From assembly GCF_036488505.1 (NCBI RefSeq), contig NZ_DASXHN010000349.1:5128-69127 (forward strand): DNA of 64,000 nucleotides. The letters run 5' to 3'. How positions within the stretch are numbered: position 1 is the stretch's first letter; every line of letters begins with the position of its first letter. A program made the position numbers and the translations under genes. Below, in pieces: positions 62,759 through 64,000 of the stretch. The stretch comes from Paraburkholderia sp. Its GTDB lineage: Bacteria > Pseudomonadota > Gammaproteobacteria > Burkholderiales > Burkholderiaceae. The notes below the pieces were generated by a model. That model was not told the DNA's origin. It was given only the letters and a program-made list of their open reading frames with translations, and did not search any database.

Positions 62759-62778
62759 TTTGTTCGATATGTGACCGA
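62759..62778 (+). promoter_or_regulatory. Possible PcaR/PcaU-type operator upstream of pcaF
   Basis: TTTGTTCGATATGTGACCGA; the TTTGTTCGAT half-site matches the IclR/PcaR-type box from recall. Confidence 0.45.
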
Positions 62779-63019
62779 GAGTTCGTGTAAAGAACTTTTG
62801 GTCCTGTTCCCTGAAGGCCAGTGCCGCCATCGTCGGCATCCCGAGCCCGTCATTCACGACTGCGCTAAGCTGCTTTGACGCGACGGCCGCCGTGCCGCCG
62901 CCCGGTGCATTCGCACCAGGCCCGCCGACGATGCGTCGGCGCATCGGTGCACCTCATCGCGGCAACGCGACACGGCGGCAGCGGCGCAGCGCACGCAGCA
63001 TCTCTACTGGAGGCATCTC

Positions 63020-64000
63020 ATGACCGAAGCATTCCTGTGCGACGCGATTCGCACCCCCATTGGCCGCTATGCGGGTTCGCTGTCGTCGGTGCGCGCCGAC
63101 GACCTCGGCGCGGTGCCGCTAAAGGCGCTGATGGAACGCAACCCGAACGTCGACTGGAGCGCGATCGACGACGTGATCTACGGCTGCGCAAACCAGGCGG
63201 GCGAAGACAACCGCAACGTCGCGCGCATGTCGCTGCTGCTCGCGGGTTTGCCGAAGGACGTGCCGGGCTCGACGGTGAACCGCCTGTGCGGCTCGGGCAT
63301 GGACGCCATCGGCATCGCCGCGCGCGCGATCAAGTCGGGCGAGGCTGCGCTGATGATCGCCGGCGGTGTCGAAAGCATGAGCCGTGCGCCGTTCGTGACG
63401 GGCAAGGCGACCAGCGCGTTCTCGCGACAGGCCGAGATCTACGACACGACGATCGGCTGGCGTTTCATCAATCCGCTGATGAAGAAGCTGTACGGGGTCG
63501 ACTCGATGCCCGAGACCGGCGAAAACGTCGCGACCGAGTACAACATCAGCCGCGCCGATCAGGACGCGTTCGCGCTGCGCAGCCAGCAGAAGGCCGCGCG
63601 CGCGCAACGCGACGGCACGCTCGCGCAGGAAATCGTCGGCGTGACGATCGCGCAGAAAAAGGGCGATCCGATCACCGTGTCGCAGGACGAGCATCCGCGC
63701 GAAACCAGCCTCGAAGCGCTCGCGAAGCTGAAGGGCGTCGTGCGTCCCGATGGCACGGTCACGGCCGGTAATGCATCGGGCGTGAACGACGGCGCGGCCG
63801 CGCTGCTGCTCGCGAACGAGGCCACCGCGAAGCGCTTCGGCCTCACGCCGCGCGCCCGCGTGCTCGGCGTCGCCACCGCTGGCGTCGCGCCGCGCGTGAT
63901 GGGCATCGGCCCGGCACCCGCCACGCAAAAGCTGCTCGCGCGTCTGAACATGACGATCGATCAGTTCGACCTGATCGAGTTGAACGAAGCGTTCGCGTCG
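63020..64000 (+). CDS. pcaF: 3-oxoadipyl-CoA thiolase (3' end beyond the window)
   Basis: Not in the ORF track. MTEAFLCDAIRTPIGRY.G.LS.VRADDL, GCANQAGEDNRNVARM, NRLCGSG, DTTIGWRF.N and TAGNASGVNDGA; GGAGG RBS. Confidence 0.93.
   Translation, partial: MTEAFLCDAIRTPIGRYAGSLSSVRADDLGAVPLKALMERNPNVDWSAIDDVIYGCANQAGEDNRNVARMSLLLAGLPKDVPGSTVNRLCGSGMDAIGIAARAIKSGEAALMIAGGVESMSRAPFVTGKATSAFSRQAEIYDTTIGWRFINPLMKKLYGVDSMPETGENVATEYNISRADQDAFALRSQQKAARAQRDGTLAQEIVGVTIAQKKGDPITVSQDEHPRETSLEALAKLKGVVRPDGTVTAGNASGVNDGAAALLLANEATAKRFGLTPRARVLGVATAGVAPRVMGIGPAPATQKLLARLNMTIDQFDLIELNEAFAS

Overview
GC-rich, gene-dense chromosomal window from a Burkholderiaceae betaproteobacterium. It looks Paraburkholderia-like, inferred from gene families such as DUF4148, DUF2866 and the OmpC-type porin. 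It holds about 60 mostly metabolic, transport and regulatory genes: panE-like, two LysE, a stand-alone ftsI paralog, a Cache MCP, aepXYZ, paoABC plus a MocA-like gene, xth, gndA, ltaE, glgP, an IlvD/Edd dehydratase, a porin, phnF-DUF1045-phnN, ltnD/otnI/denD and pcaF. I saw no rRNA, tRNA, CRISPR array, integrase or transposase. The main unexplained signal is pathway erosion. (1) PEP mutase aepX carries an in-frame TAG. (2) The C-P lyase operon has collapsed: an RBS+ATG is joined out of frame to the last third of a frameshifted phnM, so phnGHIJKL are absent. (3) otnK is a decayed 5' stub and otnC is missing, while ltnD, otnI and denD are intact. (4) A GGDEF C-terminal relic with an internal TAG sits in an apparent intergenic gap. 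The best candidates for an uncharacterised intact system are an orphan PotD-like binding protein translationally coupled to a GGDEF-only cyclase (NspS/MbaA-like) and an NlpC/P60-like Cys-His protein next to a Cys-rich lipoprotein. All family assignments come from motif recognition by eye, with no database searches.
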